The notes under the pieces were generated by a model. The model was not told the origin of the DNA, did not search any database, and was given only the letters and a program-made list of their open reading frames with translations. The translations under genes were made by a program, and so were the position numbers. Positions 20,789 to 31,757 of a stretch of 64,000 nt of DNA are shown in pieces. Numbering within the stretch: the first letter of the stretch is position 1; the number at the start of each line of letters is the position of its first letter. Origin of the DNA: an uncultured Gemmataceae bacterium (GTDB lineage Bacteria > Planctomycetota > Planctomycetia > Gemmatales > Gemmataceae); NCBI GenBank assembly GCA_963750165.1, contig CAVVPN010000003.1, forward strand, positions 1,504,001 to 1,568,000, in the 5' to 3' direction.

Positions 20789-21777
20789 TCAAACAGCCCG
20801 ATTCTCGCGGGCCACGGTCGGCGCCGGCTCCGCCGCGGCGCAGGGCGTGGCGAACTGTTGCAGGTGGCGAAAATAGTCCGCCCGCGAGAACCAGCCCGGC
20901 CCGTCCTGCCAGCGCGGCGCCGGCTGACCGCGCTCGCCCAGACACCGACCGATCCAGATGAACAACGCCTCGGGGTCGTGCAACCAGAGGAGCGCGCCGT
21001 CCGGGCCGAACGCGAACAGCCGGCTGCCGACGCGCCGCGGCCACGGCCCCAGGCGGCGCTGCAGTCGCGCGTCGATGACGCTGAACGGCCAGGCCGCCCT
21101 GTCGCCGTTGCCCCACGGCCCATCGTCCGGCGCCACTGCGTCGCACTCGGCGGGAGGCGGAGCCACGGCTTCGGCCGACCGCCACCAGCGGCCGCCGAAG
21201 AACCAACCGTGGACGCGCAACAGGGCGTCCTGGCGGTGCTCGACGGCGACCGACGTGCCGAACAGCCGCCGGCCGGTGACGGCGATGAAGCGCCCCGTCT
21301 GATAGGTCTCATAGTTGCCCTTCTTGCGGCCGTGCGCCGGCAACACGCCGAGCAGCAGGACGCGCACGCCGGTGCCGGTCGGCAACAGTTCGGTGTAACT
21401 GCCGACCGCCTCGATCACGTCGGCGCCCAGGCGTCCAGGCGGCCGGTGCGCGGATCGCGGCAGTCGTGGAGTTCAAGCACCACCAGGCCAGGCTGTTCGG
21501 GCGGCGTCCGCCGCGGCCGTGTCAGCACGAAGCCGAGGCCATCGCAGCCGCTGTCGGGCAGGGCGTCGGTCGCGGTGGCGAAGTCGGTCCAGGTGGACGC
21601 CACCCCGAGGCGGGCCAGACCGCCGGTGATGGCGCGGACGGGCGCCATTGTCCAGCGCACCTGGCCGCCGGCGTCGATGAGGCGCACGTAACGCCACAGG
21701 ATCCAGTGCGGCAACTGCCGCAGCAGCGGCGGGATGGCGTCGAGACGGACAGACAGGGGGGCGGGACGGTCGGACAT
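20789..21777 (-). CDS. NrS-1-like primase-polymerase N-terminal domain protein, degenerate (frameshift near 21418)
   Basis: IPPLLRQLPHWILWRY, WTDFATA, GLGFVL, DC.D..TG, SYTE..PTGTG, ETY..GRFIAVTG across ORFs 21415-21777 and 20789-21418. Confidence 0.7.
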
Positions 21778-21992
21778 GATGGTAGCCTCAGGTATGTATA
21801 CTGTTGTCCACTATGAAAATGATACCGGCGGCGCCTGGATGGAGGGAAGCAAAAACTCAGAGAAAAAAGAGGTTGGCAGGGGTAGTCACGGGATGGCACT
21901 GGCCGACCCGTCGATTATGACGCACACTTGTGCATCGGCGCAGGCACGGGGCCGGCGCGGTGGATGCGCGGATTCCAATCGAGGGGATGCAC

Positions 21993-22733
21993 ATGAGCCA
22001 GGCGACACGGGCACTGGTGGCGGTGGTGGTGGTGGCGATGGGCGGCGTGGCGCTGGCGGACGAGGCGTCGGCGTTGCGAGCGATTCAGCAGTGCGGCGGC
22101 GTGTTCAAGCGCGACACCCGCGAGCAAACGAAGCCGGTGTATCAGGTGAACCTGTCCAGCACGCGAGCGGTGGACGCGGACGTGTTGAAGCTGGCGGCGC
22201 TGCAGGAGGTGCAGGTGCTGTCGCTGGGCGACACCAAGGTGGGCGACGTGGGGCTGCGCGGTGTGGCGGTGCTGAAGAAGCTGACGGCGCTGGACCTGAG
22301 CCGCACGGTCGTGACGGACGCGGGGCTGGCCTTGCTGGTGCAGCTGCCGGAGTTGAAGCGGTTGACGCTGGACGGCAGCCGGGTGTCCGACGCGGGGCTG
22401 GCTGTGGCGGCGAAGCTGCCGAAGTTGCAGGGGCTGTACCTGAACGAGACGGCGGTGACGGATCGGGGCCTGGTCGAGTTGCTGAAAGCGAAGGAATTGA
22501 AGCACCTGCACCTGGCCGGCACCCGGGTCAGCGACGCGGGGCTGCGGACGGTGGGGCACATGAAGGGACTGGTGCGGCTGAACCTGGCCGGCACCCAGGT
22601 GAGCGACATGGGCCTGGCCGAGCTGCGGCAGCTGGCGCAACTGCGCGAGCTGTATTTGAACGACACGAAGGTGACGAAGGCGGGCGTCCAGACGCTGAAG
22701 AAGGCGCTGCCGAGGTGCAAGATTAGCCGCTGA
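21993..22733 (+). CDS. Secreted leucine-rich repeat protein
   Basis: Signal peptide; 24-aa LRRs L..L.L..T.V.DAGL; ends LKKALPRCKI. Confidence 0.93.
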   Translation: MSQATRALVAVVVVAMGGVALADEASALRAIQQCGGVFKRDTREQTKPVYQVNLSSTRAVDADVLKLAALQEVQVLSLGDTKVGDVGLRGVAVLKKLTALDLSRTVVTDAGLALLVQLPELKRLTLDGSRVSDAGLAVAAKLPKLQGLYLNETAVTDRGLVELLKAKELKHLHLAGTRVSDAGLRTVGHMKGLVRLNLAGTQVSDMGLAELRQLAQLRELYLNDTKVTKAGVQTLKKALPRCKISR

Positions 22734-22774
22734 GGCCGAAAGCCGGGCAGACAGCCACGGCAGTCCGCCGCGCT

Positions 22775-22909
22775 CTAAAAGTCGGGCAGGTCGAGTTGGC
22801 GGCCCCCGCAGGGACCGCCGCCCAGAACACGAAGGGGCTCACGCCAGCGGGGATGGTGCGCACGGAGCCGTCGCCCACGAGTACCTGCAGCCCGCGCGAA
22901 CTGGCCGAG
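22775..22909 (-). pseudogene. C-terminal remnant of a DUF1559 (prepilin-type, H-X9-DG) protein
   Basis: GLQVLVGDGSVRTIPAGVSPFVFWAAV.PAG ... DLPDF-stop; no N-terminal part, cut at the MITE end. Confidence 0.6.
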
Positions 22910-23034
22910 TTAGAGCGGTTCACGAAGGGCAGGCGCACACGACGTGGCACGGCTCTCCAGAGCCGTGCGGTTGCCACCACGGCTCTGGAGAGCCGTGCCA
23001 CGGTTTGTGGTCCACGCGACTGGGAACCGCTCCA
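22910..23034. mobile_element. MITE-like element copy 3
   Basis: TTAGAGCGGTTCACG...GTGGTCCACGCGACTGGGAACCGCTCCA enclosing two CACGGCTCT(CC/GG)AGAGCCGTG palindromes. Confidence 0.6.
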
Positions 23035-23095
23035 GGCAACCTATGTCTTTTTCGTGTTTTCGTTCTTTCGTGTTTTCGTGATTCGTCTTTGGTTT

Positions 23096-23830
23096 TTACA
23101 CGTACATCTGCGCGGTCGGCTTGATGACCAGTTCCGGCACCGACACGCTCGGCGGCAGCGTCGCCACGAACAGCACTGCGGCGGCCACGTCTTCCGGTCG
23201 CAAAATCCGCTGGCGGTGCTCCTCCGTCACCGGCGTCGGCCGGTCCTTCAAGATCGGCGTGTCCACCTCGCCCGGGTAGATGTTGCTGACGCGGATATTG
23301 CTATCCTTCTCTTCCGCCGCCAGGCAAATGCCCAGCGCCGCCATGCCGAACTTCGCCGCCGCGTACGCCGCCCCGCCCAGCGGACCGGCCCGCTTGCCCG
23401 ACACCGAACTGATGTTCACAATCAGGCCGTCCTTGTGCGCCAGCATCTGCGGCAGCACCGCGTGGATGCAGTAAAAAGCGCTGTCCAGGTTGGCCGCGAC
23501 GAGGTGGCGCCAGCGCTCCGGGTTCAACTCGCGGATGCCGCGCTCCTTGATGTTGGCGCCGGCGTTGTTCACCAGGATGTCAATGCGCCCCTGCGCCGCC
23601 GTCACCTTGCGCACCAGGGCGTCCACCTGATCGCTGTGGGTCGCGTCGGCCGCGTGCCAGGTCAGCCGCTCGCCGCCCTGCAGTGCCTTGGCCGCGGCCT
23701 CCAGTTTGTTGGCGTCGCGGCCGGTGATGATCACCTTCGCGCCCTCCGCCAGCAACAGCCGCGCCGACGCCAAACCGATGCCGCTGCCGCCGCCGGTGAT
23801 TAACGCCACCTTGCCGTTCAATCTGTTCAT
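23096..23830 (-). CDS. SDR family oxidoreductase
   Basis: TGGGSGIG, NNAG, YAAAK catalytic motif. Confidence 0.95.
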   Translation of the reverse strand: MNRLNGKVALITGGGSGIGLASARLLLAEGAKVIITGRDANKLEAAAKALQGGERLTWHAADATHSDQVDALVRKVTAAQGRIDILVNNAGANIKERGIRELNPERWRHLVAANLDSAFYCIHAVLPQMLAHKDGLIVNISSVSGKRAGPLGGAAYAAAKFGMAALGICLAAEEKDSNIRVSNIYPGEVDTPILKDRPTPVTEEHRQRILRPEDVAAAVLFVATLPPSVSVPELVIKPTAQMYV

Positions 23831-24046
23831 CGCCGCTCGCTTTCGTTCGTGGAGAGAACCTTGAGGTTGGTCGTGGTGTCTGGAGGGTTAGTTAAGGCGC
23901 CGCGCCGTCCGGGTCAACACCCGCCTGTCCCGCTCGTTTCCACGCTCCGCGTGGGAACGAGGGCTATGCCCGATTTGCGGTTTGTGCTATCGTGAAGTGT
24001 AGTGAACCCGTAACCCCACGTGCGCGTGGATTTTGAAAGGATGACC

Positions 24047-25166
24047 ATGAACATCGACCTGCGACGCCGAACCGACGAGGTGGTGAGCCGTTTGACTCAG
24101 CTGCGGGACAGTCTTTGACATCGCCGCCAAAAAATCCCAGCGCGCCCAACTCAGCGGCCAAATGGAAGTCCCCGGCTTCTGGGACAATCCCGAAAAGGCC
24201 AAGCAAATCATTGGCCAGCTCAAGCCGCTCAACGGTCTGCTCAGCCCATTCGAGGCACTCCACAAGGACGCCGAGGATTTGCAGGCCCTGGCCGAACTGT
24301 CTGAAGAAGACACCGGCATGGAGTCCGAACTGGAGCAGGCACTGCCGCGGATCGAGAAGGAACTGGACGACTTCGAGCTGCGCGCCATGCTGAGCGGCTC
24401 GCAGGACGCCAGCAACGCTTACCTGCGTGTGCAGGCCGGCACCGGCGGCACCGAGGCGTGCGACTGGGCCGAGATGCTGCTGCGCATGTACATCCGCTGG
24501 GCGGAGCGGCACGGCTTCGAGGTCGAGATGGTGGACGAACTGCGCAACGAGGAAGCGGGCATCCGCAGCGCCACCATCAAGATCAACGGCGATTACGCCT
24601 TCGGCTACTTGCAGGGCGAGGCGGGGGTGCATCGGCTGGTGCGCATCAGCCCGTTCGACTCCAACGCCCGACGGCAGACCTCGTTTGCCGCGGTTGATGT
24701 GACGCCGGACATTGAGGGCACCATCACCATCGAGATCAGCGACGACGAGCTGGAACGGCAGACGTTCCGCAGCGGCGGCCCCGGTGGCCAGCACCAGAAC
24801 AAGACCGAGAGCGGCGTGCGCTACATCCACAAGCCGACCGGCGTCGCCGCCGAGAGCCGCACCGAACGCAGCCAGCACAAGAACGACGCCAACGCCATGG
24901 CGCTGCTCAAGGCCAAGCTGTACCGCATTGAGGAGCTGAAGAAGCAGGCCGAGGTCGAGAAACTGTACGATGCCAAGGGCGAGGTGGCGTGGGGCAACCA
25001 GATCCGCAACTATGTGTTGCAGCCGTACACACTGGCCAAGGACGTGCGCACCGGGGTCGAGACGGCCCAGGTGCATAACGTGCTCGACGGCGAACTCGAC
25101 GACTTCATCCAGGGCTACCTGCGGTTCAAGGCCGAGAAGGAGCACAAGAAGAAGGCCAGGGCATAA
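24047..25166 (+). CDS. prfB: Peptide chain release factor 2 with programmed +1 frameshift
   Basis: MNIDLRRR...RDSL, then CTT TGA C at 24113-24119; the +1 frame carries the SPF and GGQ motifs. Confidence 0.97.
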
Positions 25167-25186
25167 GCGCCGGCCCGACCAAACTG

Positions 25187-25233
25187 TCTTCATTTATGGT
25201 TTTGCGCGGGCCGCGCGAAACCATAAATGAAGA
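25187..25233. terminator. Hairpin after prfB
   Basis: TCTTCATTTATGGTTTTGCGCG...CGCGCGAAACCATAAATGAAGA inverted repeat. Confidence 0.5.
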
Positions 25234-25248
25234 TAGTGCTTCTTTGAA

Positions 25249-25722
25249 ATGAACATCTCCCTCGACAACCTGGAAGCCACCGAGGCGTTCGGCCGTCGCC
25301 TGGGCGAGCGGTTGTTCGCGGGCGCCGTCGTCGCGCTCGTCGGCCCGCTCGGCAGCGGCAAGACCCATCTGGTGCGTGCTGTCGCGGAGGGGCTCGGCGT
25401 CGCGGACCGGCGCGTCGTCAACAGCCCGACGTTCGTGATCTTGCAGGAGTACCACGGCCGGCTGCCGGTGTATCACTTCGACGCGTACCGCCTCCGCGAC
25501 GTGGCCGACTGGTTCGACCTCGGCGGCCACGAATTCACGGAGGGCCAGGGCGTTTGTCTGATCGAGTGGGCGGACAGGATCGAGGCGGCGCTGCCGGCGG
25601 AATATCTGCGGTTGACACTGACCGTCACCGGGCCGAGCAGCCGTACCGCGACACTGGAGCCGGTCGGCCCGCGCTGGGAAGAGTGGCTGCGCGATTTCGC
25701 GGCCGCCGGCGCGTCGGGGTGA
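25249..25722 (+). CDS. tsaE: tRNA t6A37 biosynthesis ATPase
   Basis: GPLGSGKT, SPTF, HFDAYRL, IEWA motifs. Confidence 0.95.
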   Translation: MNISLDNLEATEAFGRRLGERLFAGAVVALVGPLGSGKTHLVRAVAEGLGVADRRVVNSPTFVILQEYHGRLPVYHFDAYRLRDVADWFDLGGHEFTEGQGVCLIEWADRIEAALPAEYLRLTLTVTGPSSRTATLEPVGPRWEEWLRDFAAAGASG

Positions 25723-25735
25723 GGCCCGGCCACGC

Positions 25736-27880
25736 TCATTGGACCGGGCGTAACCGCGCCGCGCTGAACCCGAGGTGCTTGGCCAGCAGGCCGGGGTCAA
25801 AATAACGCTCCCGGAAGTGCCGGAGCGGAAACGTCTCGAGCCCACGCACCCAGTACAGCGCGGCCAGATCGACGTTGCCGGCGTTCACGGCGTCGAAGCG
25901 GTTGGCGGCGTCGAACACCGCCCAATCGCCGGCGGCACTGCTCGTCAGTCGGCACAGTTCCGCGCCGGTCACCCCGTTCCAGACGCGCGGCGCCCGGTCC
26001 TCGCCGCAGGTGAACACATGCCGGTGATCCGCGCTCGCCACGGCGGCCAGCATCCGGGGGTGCGCGAACTCCCGGAGCAGCTTGCCCGTCCGCAGATCCC
26101 AGAGCCGGGCCGCGCCGTAACTGCTGCTGCTGAATAAGTGCTTGCCGTCGGGCGAAATGCTGAGCGAGCGGACGAAGCCCTGCCTGGGCAGGGTGTGCAA
26201 CCGCTTGCCCGAATCGAGGTCCCACACAATGATCGCGCAGTCGCCGCCCCCGGGCCAGGTGGGTCCGGCGCTGACCACCACGCCGGCGTCCGGCGAGACG
26301 GCCACGGCGGTCACACTGGCGTGATGCCCCTCCAATTTCTTGACGAGCTTGCCCGTGGTCGCGTCCCACAGATGGACGGTCCCGTAGTCGCCGGTGCAAA
26401 GCCATTTGTCGTTCGCAGACAGGGCGACGGCGTAGACCCGGCTGCTACCGTTGCCGAAGTCCCGAATGTGGGTCCCCGTGTCCACGTCCCACAGCTGGGC
26501 GTTCGGTCCCTTGCCGACCATCACGAGCCGTTTGCCGTCCCTTGACAGGACGGCGAGATCCGTTAATCCGTCGAAGGTGCGGAGCAATTTGCCCGTGGCG
26601 GTGTCCCGTACGTCGCGCCCCCAGAACAGGCGTGAGCCGTCACCGGAAATGGCGACACCCCCAGTTTTCGGTCCGCGCACGTTCCCCAGCTCGGCACGGA
26701 AGCCGCGGACCCGCTTGCCCTGGACGAGGTCCCAGAGCGACACCGTCCGGCCCGTGCCGTCGTTGTCGCCCGCGACCAGCCATTTGCTGTCGGGGGTCAC
26801 GGCCAGCATGCTGGCGGACGCGAAGGCCGCCGGGTATTTGGCGGACGCCGTGGGGGACGGCCCCAGGCCCTGCACGCGGCGCACCTCCTTGCCCGTGGCC
26901 ACGTCCCAGAGGATCGCCCCGCCGGGATCCACGCTGGTGGCCAGCCAGCGGCCGTCGGACGTCAGGGCGACGAGGGCACCTTCGGAAGTGAAGGTGCGGA
27001 GTTCCTTCCCCGTGGCCACGTTTCGCAGTCGAACGCCCAGTCCGAACACGCTCGTCACCAGTTGATTTCCATCTGCCGACAGGGCGAGGGCGCGGAGCTG
27101 TCCGTTGGGGCGGGGCAAGGTGTGCACGACCTTGCCGTTGGCGGTATCCCAGAGCCGGAAGTAGCGGTCGGGGCCTCGGGTCAGGAGCCGTTTGCCGTCG
27201 CCGGACAGGGCCACACAGCCGAAACCCGCGAAAACGCGGACCGCCTTGCCCGTGGCCACGTCCCAGAGCCGGGCGTCGTCTTTCCGGCCGCCGGTGGCCA
27301 GGAGTCGGCCGTCGCCGGAGAAGCCCACCGTTTCAACCCGTTCGGCGTGCGGCAACACGTGGACGCGCGCGCCGGTGGCGACATTCCAGATCTCGTTGCC
27401 AAGCGCGAGCCATTTGCCGTCCGCGGAAAGGGCGATGCCGGTCCAGCTGCGGTTTTCGTCGTCGCCGGCAATGGGGAACGAGCGGACCCGCTTGCCAGTG
27501 GCCAGCTCCCACAGATGGGCCTTGTCGTCGTGACTGCGGCGCGTCACCAGCCAGCGGGCGTCGTTCGACAGGCCCACGAAAACGATCGCCCCCTTGTTCG
27601 ATGGACCACCCCGCTCCCGGATGTGGTGATCGAAGGCACGCACCTCTCTGCCGGTGGCCGCGTCCCAGAGTCGGGCCGCGTCCTCCAGGCCCGCGACGAG
27701 CCATTTGCCGTCGGCGGACAGCGCCAGGGACCAGACACTTGCCGGCGGCCCCTGCAGCCGCAATGTGGGTGGCGGCGCGCCCTTCACCGGCTGAGCCGCC
27801 ACACCACCGCCATCGTTCTGGCCTGCGGCGACCAGTGCCAGGACAACGACGAACAGCACGGACCTGTTTTGGCGAAGCAT
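25736..27880 (-). CDS. Secreted WD40-repeat beta-propeller protein
   Basis: Signal peptide; many ALSADGK...LWDVATGK repeats. Confidence 0.93.
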   Translation of the reverse strand: MLRQNRSVLFVVVLALVAAGQNDGGGVAAQPVKGAPPPTLRLQGPPASVWSLALSADGKWLVAGLEDAARLWDAATGREVRAFDHHIRERGGPSNKGAIVFVGLSNDARWLVTRRSHDDKAHLWELATGKRVRSFPIAGDDENRSWTGIALSADGKWLALGNEIWNVATGARVHVLPHAERVETVGFSGDGRLLATGGRKDDARLWDVATGKAVRVFAGFGCVALSGDGKRLLTRGPDRYFRLWDTANGKVVHTLPRPNGQLRALALSADGNQLVTSVFGLGVRLRNVATGKELRTFTSEGALVALTSDGRWLATSVDPGGAILWDVATGKEVRRVQGLGPSPTASAKYPAAFASASMLAVTPDSKWLVAGDNDGTGRTVSLWDLVQGKRVRGFRAELGNVRGPKTGGVAISGDGSRLFWGRDVRDTATGKLLRTFDGLTDLAVLSRDGKRLVMVGKGPNAQLWDVDTGTHIRDFGNGSSRVYAVALSANDKWLCTGDYGTVHLWDATTGKLVKKLEGHHASVTAVAVSPDAGVVVSAGPTWPGGGDCAIIVWDLDSGKRLHTLPRQGFVRSLSISPDGKHLFSSSSYGAARLWDLRTGKLLREFAHPRMLAAVASADHRHVFTCGEDRAPRVWNGVTGAELCRLTSSAAGDWAVFDAANRFDAVNAGNVDLAALYWVRGLETFPLRHFRERYFDPGLLAKHLGFSAARLRPVQ

Positions 27881-27990
27881 GACTGCGTTCCCGCGATCTT
27901 GCGTGTTGGCCGGTGCGTGTCCCGTTCACGCACCATCACTTCACCGCACGATAGCAGGTCAGCGCGCGGGCGCGAACCACAAGGCGGGCG

Positions 27991-30900
27991 TCACGGCAGC
28001 CGAAACGCCCACAGCTTCCCGTCCGCGTCGCCGACGAACAGCTGGTCCCCGAGCCACTCCAGTGCCGTCACGTCCTGCGGCAGCCGCTGTTGCGCCAGCA
28101 GGGTCCCGCCGGCGTCGTAAACGTGAATGGTGCCGCCCCAGAACGCCACCACGGTGCGCTTGCCGGCGGGCACCACGAACTTCACCAGCCGCGTCGGCCC
28201 GACGCGCTTCTGCACATCCGCAACCGCCCTGGCGTCGATGGGCCTCGAGAACGCCTTTAGTTCCTTCTGATAATCCGCCTCGCTCAGCACGACTTTCTTA
28301 TCAACCAAGCCGTCCAGGCCGACCTCGGCCCGCGTGCGCGCGGCGGTCAGCACCATCACGGTCTTCCCCTGAGGTCGCATGGCCGCGACGCGATCATCCA
28401 GCCCCCCATACCGCAATCGCTTCAATTCCGGCGCCGGCGGCGCTGGTTTCGCCGGTGTGACCTGGCCCGTCAACGGCAGCCGCAGCGGCGTCAGCGGTTC
28501 GATGCCGGCGAGCAGTTCGTACAGCGTGCCGACTGCCTCGCTCATGCCCGCCGCGTCATACGCGATCAGCGTCACCGACTCCTGCAGCACACCAACCGCG
28601 TCGCGCTGCCACGCCAGGTAACCGCGGCCCGGCCCAGGCAGGTCGAGCTTGTTCGGCACGTACGGCAGGAATTTCAGGTCCGCCAGCGTCTTGGTGATGG
28701 CGTTATCCTCCGGCGACCCGAGCAGGATCACCGGCCCCTCGACCGCGTACCCGACCTGCACCGGGTCGTTCTTGTCGCCGACCTTGATGCTACCCTTGCC
28801 GGTGTGGTTCAGGCCGATCCACGTCTCGGCCTCCGCCACCGTGATGACGCGCGGCTTGTTCACGGCGTCCACGTCCACGACGGTACACTTAACGTTCCAT
28901 GGCTTCAGGATCTTGACCAGCCGCTCCGCCGCCTCCTGGTGGTACGCGGCCTTGCCCTTGACGATGGTGACGTGGTGGTGGCCGCGGAAGAAGCGGTACA
29001 GGTTCGCGCGATCCTCGGGCAGGTACACGGCTCGCTCCGTGGAGCCGGCGGCGGCGTTGCCCTTCGCCAGCGCCGGGTAGGTGAAGGACGCGCGGCCCTC
29101 CCGGTTGGCCAGCGGCTCGGTGACGACGACGGCCCACTTGCCCGGGGGGTCGTTCAGCGCCAGCGGCAGGCTCAGTTGCAGCACGCCGCGGTCGGTGGCC
29201 CGGTACAGGTCGTAGCGCACCGCCCCCTGCGGGTCGAGCACGCGCACCCGCAGCGGGGCCGAACCGCTGAGCAGCGCCTTGTCCCGATCCTGCAGGACGG
29301 CGCTGAACTCCAGACGGATCGGCGCGTTAGTTTGGGTAAAGTCGCGGCGGAGGACGGGCTGGCCGACGCTGACGTAGAACAGTGGCCGCGCCGGGCGGGC
29401 GAAGACACGCAGCTGCCCCGGACCGAACCGATAGGTCGCCTCCAACCGGCCGTTGTTCTGTTCAAACAACGTGGTCACCCCGGTAACGGCGTCAAACACC
29501 ATGCGGCCGTCATCGGGCAGGCTCAGCGTCGCCGTCACCGCCTTGACGCCCAGCATGGGGTCGCCCGCCGGGTCGTGCGTGGCGTTGACCGCGAACAGGT
29601 ATTCGATGTCGCCGAAACTCTGCCGCGTCACGACGATGCCCGGCTCACTGCTGGTCATCGGCGGCTTGATGTTCGCCTTCTCCAGATGCGGCTTGATGGC
29701 CTTCGCCAGCGCCGCGCCGCCCTGCAACATCTGCCGCATTTGCTGCAGCTTGGCCGCCTCCTTCGGGTTGGTCTTCTTCAGCTCCGCGATCTTCGCCGCG
29801 TCCGGGAAGCCCGGCACCGCGTCCATCTTCACCGACCCGTTGACCTTCACGGTGCAGTCGCCCGTCAGCAGCACCAGGCCGCCGCCCTTCGCGAACTCCT
29901 CCAGGCCGCGGATCACGTCCGGGTCCAGGTAATCGAGCGACGTGAGGATGATCGCCTTGTGGTTGTCCGCCAGCGTGCCGTCGAGAATATCTTCCTCCAT
30001 GACGGGCAGGAATTGCTGCTGCATCTGCTTGCCCGCGAGGTAGACGAACACCAGGTTGCGGCCGTGCCTGGTTTCGTGGGCGTAGTTGACCTTCATGTTC
30101 TTCGTCTGGTCGTGGATCATCTGCGACAGCGAGAACAGCACCGCGACCGGCGGCCGCTCGACCGGCATGGTCGTGAAGATGGTGCCGAGCCGGCCCATCA
30201 GGTGATTGGTCGCCACGATGGCGGCCGCGGCCTTGCTCTTCGCCGGATCGCCCGGCTCCAGCTCCGGCGGACTCATCATGCCCTGAATGTTCGTCTGGAA
30301 GCACAGGTATTGCTCCAGCCGGTACTGGTCGCTGGTCGTGCTGCCATACCACGTCGGCAGATACCAGTTGGGCCGGCTCAGGTCACGCGCCCGGGCGAAC
30401 TCCAGGAAATACGCCGGGTTGAAGTAGCCGGGGCCGAAGTCGTGATAGCCGCCGTGACCGCTGATGACCGGCAGGCTGCGGACCACGTTGAAATAATAGC
30501 CATCCGTGAAGGCGCTGAAGCCGTACTGACTTTGCGTCACCGAGAGGTAGTCAGGCCGCACGGCGCGGACGCCGAACTGCGCGTCCTGCCACGCCGCGTC
30601 CATCAAGCCGAGCTTCCAGCGCGCCCAGTGCGCCCACAGCTTGACGTGCGCCGGGTTCTTCGGGTCGATCTTGTGATAGGACGGCAGCTTCTTGCCGAAC
30701 GCCGCCTCGTAGGAGCGCAGCTGCGACGGGATGCCCTGCGGCGAACCTTCGCCCGTCTCGGGGTGCTTCAACCAGGTCAGGCCGGGCTCGTCGTAGAAGT
30801 GGACGCCGGGCACGTTCGGCCGGGTGCGGTCCATGAACGCCCGACGGACGACGCGACGGGTGCCGCCGCGCATGACCAGCGGGTCGGACCAGTCGCACTC

Positions 30901-31477
30901 CTGCCGGATGTCCATCTGGTGAGCGCCGCCCATCGTGCAGTTCGACATGAAATCGACGCCGGCGCGAATGAAGTTGCCGTCGGTGTCCTGGCCGTAGTGG
31001 CCGTAAAACAGGTTGTAGCCGAGGTTGTTCTCGCCCTGGGCCAGCTGGGCGTCCTTCTCGAGCGCGGCCCCAGTTGATGAGCCGAAAACTGCTGCGGCGA
31101 ACGTGACTGAAGACCTCAATATCGACGGCGGCGGTCGCACCGTCGCAGGTGGCGGTGACCTTGTACTTGCCCGGCCGCAGCAGCCAGCCGTTGACGTGCA
31201 GGTGCTCGACCGCTCGCGCTGCCTTGCCCTGCACCTTGGCCGGACGGACGGGGAAGGTGAACGCGAGCCGGCTGCCGTCGCCGCCGTCGAGTTGCAGCAC
31301 GAGGTCGCCGGCAGTGAGCGCCCTGGCGTCGCTGCGGCTGACGGTGAGGTCGATGCGCTCGTTGGTCTGATACACCGGGCGCTGCAGTGGCAGACTGATC
31401 TTCAGCTCCGCCGCCCGGCCGGGGGCGGTCAGGGACAACGCCAGCAGGGCGGCTAGCAAGAAAGTGCGCGGCAACAT
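27991..31477 (-). CDS. Large secreted protein, possibly glycoside-hydrolase-like (frameshift near 31058)
   Basis: Signal peptide in ORF 30551-31477 continues into ORF 27991-31140; FYDEPG motif and a GH42-trimerisation-like segment. Confidence 0.65.
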
Positions 31478-31757
31478 GGTGGCTCTCCGTGACGGCGAGT
31501 TGCGGGTGGCGTGGTGAGTACGGTTCCAATTTCAGGATAAAAACCGCCGCCGAGGATGACCACCCCGACAAAGGCCAGGCGACTGGCAAGCAAATGACCA
31601 GCCGTGCTGAATCCGAGCGCACCGCTGTTGCTCTCCCGGTGCCGAACGGTCCTGCAAAGCCCACCGGGGCCGCCATTTGGACAGACGAGCCGTGCGGGCA
31701 CAGGCTTTGCTTCCGCCGGAGAGCATCGAGATCCCCGACGCTCTCCGGAGGCTCATC

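Noticed and set aside
20660..23090. Prophage or integrative element
   Set aside because: Only a degenerate primpol; no integrase, structural genes or att repeats visible
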